A DNA stretch of 63,721 bases, filler included, from Octopus bimaculoides (taxonomy: Eukaryota), in assembly GCF_001194135.2 (NCBI RefSeq). It is 6 parts of 4 records of this genome, joined end to end, with 100 filler letters (N's around TTAATTAATTAA, not from the genome) between each part and the next. Parts side by side here need not be neighbours in the genome. Positions count along the whole stretch, not along the records: positions 1 to 14,461 come from NC_068986.1; 5 more parts are not named here. One strand, written 5' to 3'. The notes under the pieces are model-generated. The model had not been told where the DNA came from. It saw nothing but the letters and a program-made list of their open reading frames with translations, and did not search any database. The position numbers and the translations under genes were made by a program. Below are positions 1-11,071 of the stretch, one piece after another. Within the stretch, counting starts at the first letter, position 1, and each line of letters starts with the position of its first letter.

Positions 1-823
1 AGCTGATAAAGTAGAATGTCCTCTATGTGGCTTGTGTGTTTTCTCGTCTCTGTTTTGTTTGCAATGTCCTGTACCCAGATATGCACCTATACATACAGGT
101 GGATGTCGGTATGCACATACCTGTACGTATATATGCATATACTCATTTACTATTTGTTTTTACTATTTGTAAGTAGTTTTCGTAACTTCATATTTTCCGA
201 CGCTACTCTATCTCTTTCTCTTTCTCTTCCTCTATCATTTTTCCCCCTCCCGTTCTTCCTCTTTACTACTACGTATCTCGCTTTATCCTTCTCGTCATTC
301 CTCTGTAACTACTACGTATCTCTTTTTTCCCCCTCGTACTTCCTCTCTTTCTCTTTTCCTCTCGTTACAATTTGTTGCAATTGCTTCCTCAAGAGATCCC
401 AATGATGATCATATTCATCGCAAAAAGAATCATGTAAAAATAAATCGCCGAAGACAATCGCAGTAATGAAAATATAGGAATTCAAAATTTCAGGATTGCA
501 GATCCGTGTTCGGCCCGGAATGTTTTTAATTTACTTACGGAATTAACTTTCAGATTATAAAATTGTTATCGTACAAAAAATTTATCATAAAATGTCACGT
601 AAAAAAAATAAATAGCCGAAAACAATCACAGTAATGAAAACTTGGAAATCCAAAATTTCAGGATTGTGGGTCCAGATTCGGCCCGGAATGTTTTTAATTT
701 TCTCACGGAGTCGGCCTGATTCCAAAAAGGTATATGTTGGGCTACGACCTTTAGGAGTAAAGTTGAAAAAGTGTGACACACTGACATTCACATTTAATAT
801 ATTATATTATTATATTTTATCAA

Positions 824-945
824 AGCAGCGACCTGGCAGAATCGTTAGCACGCCGGGCGAACTGCCTAGAAGTATTTCGTTTGCCGTTAGGGTTCTGAGT
901 TCGAATTCCCTTAACGTCGACTTTGCTTTTCATCCTTTCGACTTA
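824..945 (+). mobile_element. tRNA-derived SINE, family A (Meta-domain-like core)
   Basis: Head tggcagaatcgttagc, B-box gagttcgaattcc, core gtcgactttgcttttcatcctttcg shared with copies at 6915, 7265, 14622, 24765 and 59335. Confidence 0.7.
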
Positions 946-1304
946 ATCCCTTTCCCCAAAATTTGAGGACTTGTGTTTCCAGTAAAAAGCTGAAAAAGTT
1001 TGACACACTCACAATCGTATTTATTATATTTAATTTGGGGGAAACTTTATTTCACTTAAAGTGTATTATGTATGTGTGTGTGTATATATATTTATTTAAA
1101 AAAGCATAAAATAAAACAAAAATGATATTCAGTATGCTGGCGACAGGAATTTCTGTCAGAGATATGGTTAAACAGAATTGTACACCATCTCCCTCTTTCT
1201 CTCACATACTCACTTTTTTTCTCTAGCTTTTATTTTACTGCCACCTTCAACACTACTACTTCTAATAAAACATCATCAACACTCCCTCACTCTTTCTTTC
1301 CCTA

Positions 1305-1337
<33 letters not shown>

Positions 1338-2300
1338 GCTTGTCTTCGTCAGAAATTAGTTTTCGCATTATATATATATAGTTCACAGATGAGATCCAGA
1401 GATTCTTCGCATAGAGGACACTTAGTAGTGCTCAAAAGATTCAATCTTGGATTCCGATGTCATTACAGGGGATCATTCCACAAGGTAAAGAAAGGTTACA
1501 AGTAGGATCAAGTTGAGCAAGTATAGAGGCAATTATGCGTATGAACAAATAGACACATTAGGTATACTAAATACATCAAATACAATATATATATATATAT
1601 ATATANNNNNNNNNNNNNNNNNNNNNNNNNNNNNNNNNNNNNNNNNNNNNNNNNNNNNNNNNNNNNNNNNNNNNNNNNNNNNNNNNNNNNNNNNNNNNNN
1701 NNNNNNNNNNNNNNNNNNNNNNNNNNNNNNNNNNNNNNNNNNNNNNNNNNNNNNNNNNNNNNNNNNNNNNNNNNNNNNNNNNNNNNNNNNNNNNNNNNNN
1801 NNNNNNNNNNNNNNNNNNNNNNNNNNNNNNNNNNNNNNNNNNNNNNNNNNNNNNNNNNNNNNNNNNNNNNNNNNNNNNNNNNNNNNNNNNNNNNNNNNNN
1901 NNNNNNNNNNNNNNNNNNNNNNNNNNNNNNNNNNNNNNNNNNNNNNNNNNNNNNNNNNNNNNNNNNNNNNNNNNNNNNNNNNNNNNNNNNNNNNNNNNNN
2001 NNNNNNNNNNNNNNNNNNNNNNNNNNNNNNNNNNNNNNNNNNNNNNNNNNNNNNNNNNNNNNNNNNNNNNNNNNNNNNNNNNNNNNNNNNNNNNNNNNNN
2101 NNNNNNNNNNNNNNNNNNNNNNNNNNNNNNNNNNNNNNNNNNNNNNNNNNNNNNNNNNNNNNNNNNNNNNNNNNNNNNNNNNNNNNNNNNNNNNNNNNNN
2201 NNNNNNNNNNNNNNNNNNNNNNNNNNNNNNNNNNNNNNNNNNNNNNNNNNNNNNNNNNNNNNNNNNNNNNNNNNNNNNNNNNNNNNNNNNNNNNNNNNNN

Positions 2301-2334
<34 letters not shown>

Positions 2335-2537
2335 TGTTTGTGTGTCTGTTTTTGACCCCCCACCATCGCTTGACAACCGATGTTGGTGTGTTTACGTCCC
2401 CGTAACTTAGCGGTTCAGCAAAAGAAACCTATAGAATAACTACTAGGCTTATAAAGAATATGTCCTGGAGTCGATTTCTTCGAGTAATGGTGGTGCTCCA
2501 GCATGGCCACAGTCAAATCACTGAAACAAGTAAAAGA
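2335..2537 (+). mobile_element. SINE family B (CORE-type), 3' half
   Basis: cttgacaaccgatgttggtgtgtttacgtccccgtaacttagcgg..gctccagcatggcc..ctgaaacaagtaaaag matches the 3' half of the full copy at 29570. The 5' half is probably in the gap. Confidence 0.8.
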
Positions 2538-3303
2538 GATATGTATATATGAAAAACTAGAGGAAGCAAAAAGTGGAAACTTTCAGATGATGAATTTTTA
2601 TGTATAAATATATAGATATTTATATTAATAGGTTCAACTTACACAGATTACAAACGACAGAGAAACTTAAAGCGGTGGAAGAAAGGTGTTATAAGTCCAA
2701 CAACTAATATCTGGAGAGTCGGCGATCATAATATTCCATCGTATGGATACAATTCACACTGGATGAGTCGAGTCTCCATCATCAGGGTAGAAATCTTACA
2801 TTTCACATCTTAATGCGGAGATGTTCAAAGATGAGATAATTAAATGTGGGGAGCTAGCTGTATTAGAGAGGAGACTGGGGGTACTAAGACAGGGAATGGT
2901 GAGAGGAGAAAAGATAGTTCAAGAAGAGTGAGGAGTTAATAATGACGGTACTAAGGGGGGTAGTAATAGAGGTGAAGAGAAGGAAAAGGAATAAGAAGGT
3001 AGAGTAGATAGTATTTGAATGGTAATCTATTGAGTTGGGAGTTTTTTAACGTTTAGGGATAATAGCTATAGAATTATTGAAGTTGAGATAGTGAGAAAAG
3101 GAATGAAAACTATTTGAGGGAAGTGATTTACCAAGTATTTCTGCTGTTCTAACGGCAATTTTGCGTTGGAAAAAAGTATCTTATTTGTATCATACAATAC
3201 ACATTTCGACGCTTATGAAAACAAATGTTAGTCTGTTTATATTTATATATATACGTAGTTGTCCATTTAGCTATTTAGCGTCTAAATTTGCGGGTAAATT
3301 TAT

Positions 3304-3529
3304 CAGCGGCAATTTAGCTTAATGGTAAAGTACTCTGCCGGAGTCTCAAGGGATGTCGGTTCGAGTCCCATGGCTGTTTGTCGACAAACTTTTCCGCTTT
3401 GTAAGGGTAGTTTACTCCGTATTTCTGCTATTCTAACGGCAATTCTGCGTTTGAAAAAAATCTTTTATTTGTATCGTACAATACACATTTCGACGCTTAT
3501 AAGAAAAACCAAATGTCAGTTTTGTTTAT
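3304..3529 (+). mobile_element. tRNA-headed short element with an upstream partial duplicate of its body (3135-3240)
   Basis: A-box-like TAGCTTAATGG (3315-3325) and B-box GGTTCGAGTCC (3358-3368). No intact cloverleaf. Body 3419-3529 repeats at 3135-3240. Confidence 0.6.
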
Positions 3530-3624
3530 ATTTATGCATACACATATGTGTGTATATATGTACAAATACATATATAGATATATATAATGCGTTGTATATA
3601 TATAGATATATATATAGTTAAAAA

Positions 3625-3885
3625 AAACACAAAAAACAATAACAAAAAAACAACAAAGTGAGGACGTGATACGGATAGTGTTATTGGACGCTCAGGAAAG
3701 GAAAAAGAGAGTGTATGACGTTTCGGGCGTAGCCCTTCGTCGGAAAGATGGAAAGTTCGGAGAATGGAAAAACGGAGAAAGAGGAAAATGGTACCGATGC
3801 CCACGAGGTTACATTGTGAAAGGACCGGAAGAGGAGGTGGTGAGGGAAAAGTTCTTTCTAAGACAGGAGAGTGAAAAAGGGAGAT
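3625..3885 (-). mobile_element. Penelope-like terminal repeat (pLTR) with degenerate hammerhead motif
   Basis: Minus strand reads CCGACGA-A-GGGC-TAC-GCCC-GAAAC-GTC at 3717-3743. Flanks resemble the element at 58058-58245. Confidence 0.65.
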
Positions 3886-3889
3886 GAAT

Positions 3890-5150
3890 ATTTGTGCGTG
3901 CGCGAGAGTCTGCGAGTGTGTGTGTGATAACAGAACGTGTGTGTGCGTATGTATGTGTGTGTGTGTGTGTGTGTGCATGGTTTGGTGGTTTATCTGTTAG
4001 TGTGTATGTGTATTTGTGTGTGTGTGTGTGTGACATAGTGGAAGGAATTAGTAGCAGGAATAGTTAGTGGATGCTTATGGACAATGTTAAGTGGAAGGTC
4101 AGCAGGCGGTTTTTGAGTATGTGTGTGTTCGTGTGTGTGTGTATTTTGTATGTGCGCGTGTGTGTATCTGTATGTTTTTGTGCGTGCGTGTGTGTAGGTG
4201 TATGTTGTGTATATGAGCGTTGCTGTGTATGTGTGTGTGCGTGCGTTTGCTATTGTAAGTGCGTGTGTTGTTTATGCCCATGTGTGTGTGATTGTATGCG
4301 TGTCTGTGTGAGTGTGTAGTGTTGGTGAGAAGTGTGTGTGTGTGTGTGTATGTGGGTGTGTGCGTGTTGTGTGTATGTGTGTGGATGTGCGTGTGTGTGT
4401 GGGATTGTGAGTGTTAGGTACGGGTGTGTGTGTGTGTATGAGCGTGTGTGTTTATGTGTGTCTGTATGTGTGTGTCAGTGTGCGTGTGTGCGCGCGTGTG
4501 TGTATATTTTTTGTGCGTGCGTGTATGTGTATATTGTGTATGTTTTCGTGCTTGCGTGTGTGTTGTGTATGTGAGTGAGTATTGTGTATGTGAGAGGTGT
4601 GTGTGCGTGTGTGCATGTGTGTATATGTGTATGTGTGTTGTGTATGTGTGTGTGTGTGTGTTTCTGTATGTGAGAGGTGTGTGTGCGTGTGTGTATGTGT
4701 GTGTTTATGTGTGTGTGCGTGCGTATGTGTGTGAGAGCGTAAGGATGTGTGCCAGGTATGTGTGTTATTTTGTGTGTGCACTCCTGTGTGTATGTGTGTG
4801 CATGTGTATGCGGCTGTGTATGTAGGCGTGCGCGTATATATGGGTGTGTGTGTGTATAGGGCTGTGTAAGGTGTGTGTCTCTACCACTGTGCGTGTGTGT
4901 GTATGTATGTATGTGCGTTCGTCTATATGTGCGTGTGAGGGCGCGCATGTATGTTTGTCACGTGTGTGGGCGGTATATATGTAAGGTGTGTGTGTTAGGT
5001 GTATGGGAGGTATGTAAGGTATGTGTGAATGGGGGTATGTATGGGTTGTCAGGTGTGTGGGAGGTATTTGTGAATGGGGGTATATGTGGGTTATGTGTGC
5101 AAGGGTGTGTATGCTTGGGTATGTGTGTGTGTGTATGTTTGCGTGATTGT
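3890..5150. repeat. about 1.3-kb compound (TG/TATG/TGCG) microsatellite and low-complexity tract
   Basis: Directly visible. It explains the spurious Cys/Val and His/Thr ORFs. Confidence 0.95.
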
Positions 5151-5467
5151 NNNNNNNNNNNNNNNNNNNNNNNNNNNNNNNNNNNNNNNNNNNNNNNNNN
5201 NNNNNNNNNNNNNNNNNNNNNNNNNNNNNNNNNNNNNNNNNNNNNNNNNNNNNNNNNNNNNNNNNNNNNNNNNNNNNNNNNNNNNNNNNNNNNNNNNNNN
5301 NNNNNNNNNNNNNNNNNNNNNNNNNNNNNNGGAAGGGGTGAGATAAATTGTGGAAAATTGTAGTGAATGTAATAACAAGAGAATAATGGATATAATGTAA
5401 AGGGGACGAGGGGGGGGTAAAAAAATAAAAAATAAAGAAAAGTGTTGCATAGACGTAAAGGGGAGAG

Positions 5468-5760
5468 TCATAAGGAGGAGGGGGCTGTGTTGAGTCCGAA
5501 GGGGAAAGATGAATTAAGGTTAAAAATATAGCGTCGCTCCAAGTGGAGTCGCGAGGGAGTGGACCCATGGTGCAGGGCGAGGCCAAAAACGGAGATGTTA
5601 GAGGGAGAGTGGTTGGCCAAGTGGAAGTGACGGGCGACGGGGGAGTCCGAACCTAGCCGAACGTCCCTTAGGTGTTCGGTGAAACGGTCGGCCAGCCGGC
5701 GGCCCGTCTGCCCCACGTAGATGCATGTGTGTGATAAAAAATAAAAATGAGAGGACCAAC
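5468..5760 (-). mobile_element. Penelope-like element, GIY-YIG endonuclease C-terminal fragment
   Basis: IYVGQTGRRLADRFTEHLRDVR..PVARHF..ERRYIFNLNS..PFGLN, the PLE endonuclease signature. Confidence 0.88.
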
Positions 5761-6465
5761 CACACGCATGGATCTCACTATCATTAAGTGACACACGATG
5801 AATTACTTAACTACTGAACTGTTTACTCGAGTTTTATACATGAAGAAAATGAATTTAATTTCCTACCCTGTTTATACTTTATATCAACGATTCTCTGTAA
5901 CAAAAAAAAAAATGGAACTGACCCCAAATGGGTGTAGGAATGAAAGAACTGTTCGCTTGTATCTTTGTGTATCTAAATTTCTATTTGTTGGAAAGCAACG
6001 AGGTTTGCGTAGGAAGAAGTATAATATATTTATAATGTTATTATCAGTTTCATATAATTTGACAGCGAGCAGTGGATTTAGTAGAATTGGCAGGACATCA
6101 AATAAAATTCATTGCAGAAAAATTTGCAATCCATTCAAGGTCATCTTTGCCACTCATCTTTCCTAGGTTGCTAAAATGAATGTACGTTTACGGAGAATTC
6201 ACAAAAAAGTCAGGAGCGATTTTTTTTGTGAATTAATATCTTTAATTTCATTGTATTATTTAAGATATTTGTAAGGACCTCGCTTGGCCCTGCCTGAGAT
6301 TCGAAACCAGATCCACCCACTTATCAAAACAAGCGGGAAATCCTTTGTTTGCATCTCCACACCAGATAATTGATGGAGAAACACTTAACCCCCAAGGACC
6401 TGTGCTGGTCAAGAAAAGGTCAGTCCTTTGTTTAGGGTTTGACCTACATTACTGACCATAGTCTA

Positions 6466-6843
6466 TGTAACAGAGAGAGCATTTTCTATCTCTTCCTCTT
6501 TTGTGTCAGCTATGACCAAGGAGCAACACTTCCCTTCGTATTTCACTAGACATACGAAGGGAAGCTTTCGGCTGCAAGTAAGACGATGCTACCTTTATCC
6601 TTTCTTCCTTTCTAGTCAACACCGTGCATTCCTTACTCTTTCTCTATCTACTGGCAGACAGCAGCTTCTACACTACCAACTAGCGAGCGAACTTGTCATT
6701 GCCGCTACAATTACTGCTGTATCTCTAACTACATGCCGGGCAAACGAATAAATATATGTAAATAATATTTCGTCCTTCTTGGTGTTGATTCTTCGATATT
6801 CACTGGTTACTCCGACATGAGAACCTTCAAGCGTTACGTTACA
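6466..6843 (+). mobile_element. putative solo LTR
   Basis: Termini TGTAAC (6466) and GTTACA (6838-6843), with an internal AATAAA about 90 nt from the end. No perfect TSD (gtcta vs cgcta), and the left boundary could be near 6270. Confidence 0.4.
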
Positions 6844-6914
6844 CGCTACATTTGGTAGTCGGCTACATCATATTGACGTGATATGGCATGATACCAATCA
6901 GCCGCTACATATTC

Positions 6915-7070
6915 TTTTCTACTATAGACACTAGGGCTAGAATTTTGTGGAAAGGCGCTAGTCGATTGTATCGACCCCAGTGCTCAATTGGTACTTATTT
7001 TATCGACATTGAAAGGATAAAACGTAACGTCAACCATGACGGAATCTGAACCCAAAACATAAAGACAGAC
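6915..7070 (-). mobile_element. SINE family A, degraded
   Basis: Reverse complement of the family-A core (ggtacttattttatcgac..gaaaggat). Confidence 0.65.
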
Positions 7071-7264
7071 AAAAAAAAAAAAAATGCCGCTAGGTTTTTT
7101 GCCCGACCTGCTAAGGATTCTGGCATTTCGCTGCCTATGTTTTATTCAAAATATTGAAAATGTTATTTTTCGCACATCTGTTAATATGTGGCTTAAAATA
7201 TCATTTAATTATTATTACTTACGCTACTTCAGAAAGGATTTGCAGAGCTATTTGAGCGTCGGAC

Positions 7265-7420
7265 TAGTTGTACAGTGTTCGTTCTGGTGGTGAATTGGCA
7301 GAGTTGTTAGACTTGAACAGAATACATCACGGTATTTGTTCTGACTCTATGAGCTTTAGTCCCGTTGATGTCAACTTTACCTTTTTTCGCTTTGGGAAAT
7401 ACTGGGGTCATAAATTTTCA
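7265..7420 (+). mobile_element. SINE family A, strongly degraded
   Basis: tggcagagttgttagac..gtcaactttacctttt, matching the family-A head and core. Confidence 0.5.
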
Positions 7421-9359
7421 TATTGATTTTCATCATGGAGATAATAATGTACGTCTAAATCTGATCATTTATTGCTAGCAGTCCTTGTTTCAGACGAATG
7501 TATTTAATTTTCTGAATACAATTATATTTAGTTTATGAACACATCCCTCGCGATTTAGTAGGAATACTGCTGCATGATATTGATCATTGCTATGCAGAAG
7601 TGTTAATGGAGAAGACTGAAAGTTTCCAGCATAAATCGGGAAATTCTTTATTTATAGACCAATTAAATATACGATGAACGACATTTTTACTTGGAGAACT
7701 TACGCTATTTAAAAAGGCCAACATTCAACAGATGTTTGAACTCTGAGCCAAAAATATACGTCTTCAAAAAGGAATACAAAAAGTTTTACTAAATATGAGG
7801 ACATTTCAAACATACATTTCAAAATATTTATACATAATTTTGGTTGTGAGTGCCATCAGCTCATAAATTCCATTCATTAAACTATCATGGCCCTTCTCCA
7901 GATACTTAATTTTAACGTTAATTTTGTGGATGTTTTTACATGATGGTTATTAATCAACCTGAGAAGATATGATCTATATTTTAGACATTTTTACAATTCA
8001 TTGAAAGTTAGTAGATTGTCAGCGTATCAAAGAAATCTTTGACAGCAAAACAAATGAAATGGGAAGTTTTTATTATCTAATATTTTATACAATTGATGGA
8101 GTTTTGAGAATTTTAATTCCTGAAAATTCTGTTGATGATATATCTTTGAGAAAGTACGCTTGTGTGATTACTACAAAAAAAAAAAAAATTCATTGCAGAG
8201 TTGAGCTCTGCATACGCATATCTTTTTACAGATAACTGAGATGGGTTGTAAAGGGACAAATGCCTCGGCAGTGGAAACAATGTAGCATCAGAATAGAATA
8301 CAAACCACCAACTCATCGGCTGGTTATATGATACCTTATAAGCTCTGCTTGTTGCTACCTCTTCTGAGTGTGTATATCACTCTGAAATTAAAATTATATG
8401 ATATATTCAATTTCGTGTACACTATTTTCGTTTGAAAACGCTAGACTAGACGCGACACTGAAATACAATAAAGAGAAATATAAATAATAAATATTAAAAC
8501 AGATCAAATAATTTTCAAAAGAACAAATGACATTGACTTTATTTCTGAAGTTTGATCATAGCATAAATATCTAGAAAAGAATTAGTATGGATATAAAATT
8601 GTTGAGGAATATAAATATTCGTTCATGTCAATGAGCCGATATTTTATGTTTTTATGGCGTGCCATAAACAGATATAACAGTTATGATGCGGCCGTCCATG
8701 ATATCATCACATCATAATTGCTCATTACACTGATAGTCGACGCGTTTTAACAACGTTATACTTAAATTCAATCGGTAGTGAATCCTATTTAGTGTGCGTG
8801 AAAGGAAAGGTAGTTTGAATCGATCTCGCTGTAGATACAATTTTTAGGAATGATTTCAATATACCTTTTCATCATATTTATTAAGAGAATCATAATTGCT
8901 AAAATATAATTTTCTGTCCCCCAACTCTCATCACTATTAGAAATAGCAGCCGAACTATCTCCACATAAAATCGAACTGAAGAAAGGTGCCATTACATCAT
9001 GCACCATTATATAGATATGTTACGGTTACAAAATCTTTGATAATCGAGTCTGCTTGAACAGAATAGACCTGGGACTAAACAGCAATAAATAATATTATAA
9101 TTGATATAATCAACATTAATATTATTAAACAGGACAGTTTAATTATTGACTTCATGCATTTCTGTGACTGTTATGCTAAAAACTATGGCTTTAAGTCCAA
9201 CATAAAATTTACGTCTAGTTTTTCAAAAATTAGTGTTGAACTTTGGACACAAAAGTTAAGTTTTCTGGAGGCAGAATAGTGACAGAGTTATTTTGCAAGC
9301 TTACGTCATCCCACATTTACCTACACCGCCGCTACGATCATCCACATCATATAATTCAG

Positions 9360-10560
9360 TTAAATCCGAAATGGTAATTTTTGAGGACAAAACGGATTTG
9401 TACTGACATAGGGGATTACTGGAAACATGCAAATGCTTTTGTACACCATTGTGTCAAACGCGGTTACAGTGAATTACGATTAAAGGAAATAGCAAGTGAG
9501 ATAGCTAAGATTAGCAAAGTAAGTCAAACCTTCACGCATAATTTTAGCAAACACAATGCAATATGTGACAAAATTCCTTTAGTGATTAACTGCTACTTGT
9601 ATTTCGCTGGTATTTCAAAAGTGTTGCATGAAAGTTACCAGCATGTTGCAGGAATGTATCCTCGTTTCAAACAAAAATTTCCTCAGCCGCCTATTGTAGC
9701 CTTTAGACGGAATAAAAATATAAGGGATCTATTGACCTCTATTTCTGACTCCATGAAAACCAGCATTGGAGTATCTGCACGCTGTACCTTGAAAAACAGC
9801 CGCAAGAGAGGTAAGCCCTGTTAGTAGTGCAACAACATGAGTCAATTGAATTCCATCAGCAATCATAACAGAAATGTTATGATTTATACAGAAGGTGGAA
9901 CATGTTAAGATTCCCATTTGGTGGACGCGGCAGAATGCACGAAACACAACTTAATTTATGTTGGTTGTACAACAGAACAATTAATCAAAAGATTCAATGG
10001 GCACAGATTTGACGTGAGGCACAGTAACAGTAGTTCGACAGAACTTACCGAACATTTTGTTTCAAACGGCTGCAATTTTGAAAAAGACTTGAAAGTGCAT
10101 ATTCTCAGAAAATATTCTGAATCTGCTTCCCTTTCAATACTCAAAATGCATGAAGAGAAATATGTTCGCGTGTTATTAACATCATGCCCTGGAGGAATGA
10201 ATAAAATTATAGGAGAATATCATCAAATTTATACAAAACTGTTTGACTGAATATTTTTCCTTTTCCTTTCCTTTTTCCTTTCTTTTTTTCTCTCGCTTTT
10301 TTTGTCTTTTTCTTTTCGCCTGTTATAAAATTGAAACTTAAAAACTGATGATGTCATTCCAGCAAAGTGTGGATGCTGGTTGCTCTCGTTCATACTTTAG
10401 ATTTGAATTTCTATAATTTTGACTTTTTATCACTTTTTTTTTTTTTGAACTCGACAAAGACAGGCTTGCTGTCGAAATATCGTTCAACCAATAAAATATT
10501 TATTGCAATCGCATCGCGCTCTTCTTCTTGACAGTTTTCTTTTGTGAAGAGTTAGTCAAT
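9360..10560 (+). mobile_element. Penelope-like element, 5'-truncated (RT thumb, Cys-rich linker, GIY-YIG, 3' pLTR)
   Basis: ORF pieces 9381-9824 (PIVAFRRNKNIRDLL) and 9918-10250 (CTKHNLIYVGCTTEQLIKRFNGHRFDVR..EEKYVRVLLTSCPGGMN), then a T-rich UTR with a hammerhead-like fold at 10445-10487. Confidence 0.88.
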
Positions 10561-10569
10561 TCTTCTAAA

Positions 10570-10800
10570 ATATTATTATTATTATTATTATTCAATATTG
10601 TGATATTGTAGATATTCTGTGTACCAAAGATTTGTGCTGTTTGTGAAGTCACAATAAGAACAGAGCGACATCAATTTAGGCAGTATGCGTGAAGTTCCAA
10701 GTAAAGCCGATTTTTGCAATACATCAAGACTGCAGGGTATTTCTGAAGTGTCCAGATGTTTCTTCAGATTGGTTGCTCCGATGACAACAAGAACAACCTT
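10570..10800 (-). mobile_element. RLE-type (R4/Dong-like) LINE, 3' fragment with (TAA)n tail
   Basis: Minus strand translates VVIGATNLKKHLDTSEIPCSLDVLQKSALLGTSRIL, a typical R4/Dong C-terminus, followed by TAA repeats. Confidence 0.7.
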
Positions 10801-10872
10801 TCAGTTCTATATTTAAAAGATGAGGAATTATGTACATTATTTACATTATTTATTCTCATCTTGTTTGTTGTT

Positions 10873-10918
10873 AATACAACGTTTCGGCTGATATACCCTC
10901 CAGCCTTCTTCAGGTGTC
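10873..10918 (-). ncRNA. minimal type I hammerhead ribozyme motif
   Basis: GACAC-CUGAAGA-A-GGCUG-(10-nt loop)-CAGCC-GAAA-C-GUU-GUAUU: intact core, 5-bp stem II, palindromic AACGUU stem III, stem I with one mismatch. Confidence 0.75.
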
Positions 10919-10965
10919 TTGGGGAAATTTCGAACCTGGGTTCTCATTCCTAAGGTAGTTTTCAA

Positions 10966-10996
<31 letters not shown>

Positions 10997-10998
10997 CA

Positions 10999-11071
10999 GG
11001 TCACTGCTTGGAATCGAACTCGGAATCTTGGGGTTAGTATCCCGCGCTCTTAACCACTACGCCATATGCCC
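10999..11071 (-). promoter_or_regulatory. tRNA-like internal Pol III promoter (copy 1, inside the inverted pLTR)
   Basis: Minus strand has A box TGGCGTAGTGG and B box GAGTTCGATTCC in a tRNA-length unit. It is not an intact tRNA. Confidence 0.7.

Noticed and set aside
1139-1149. PBS-like TGGCGACAGGA
   Set aside because: No LTR end precedes it and no gag follows it.
1513-2376. Long ORFs spanning N gaps (also 16090-17269, 19365-19989, 46229-46741, 51336-51641 and 57125-57752)
   Set aside because: They are open only because N codons contain no stops and the flanks are microsatellites.
2755-2795. Minus-strand CTGATGA followed by a weak hairpin
   Set aside because: No GAAA follows the stem.
4071-4948. 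Cys/Val-rich and His/Thr-rich ORFs resembling metallothionein or keratin-associated proteins
   Set aside because: They are translations of (TG/CA)n tracts. The same applies to the YLSI, poly-I, poly-N and poly-L ORFs elsewhere.
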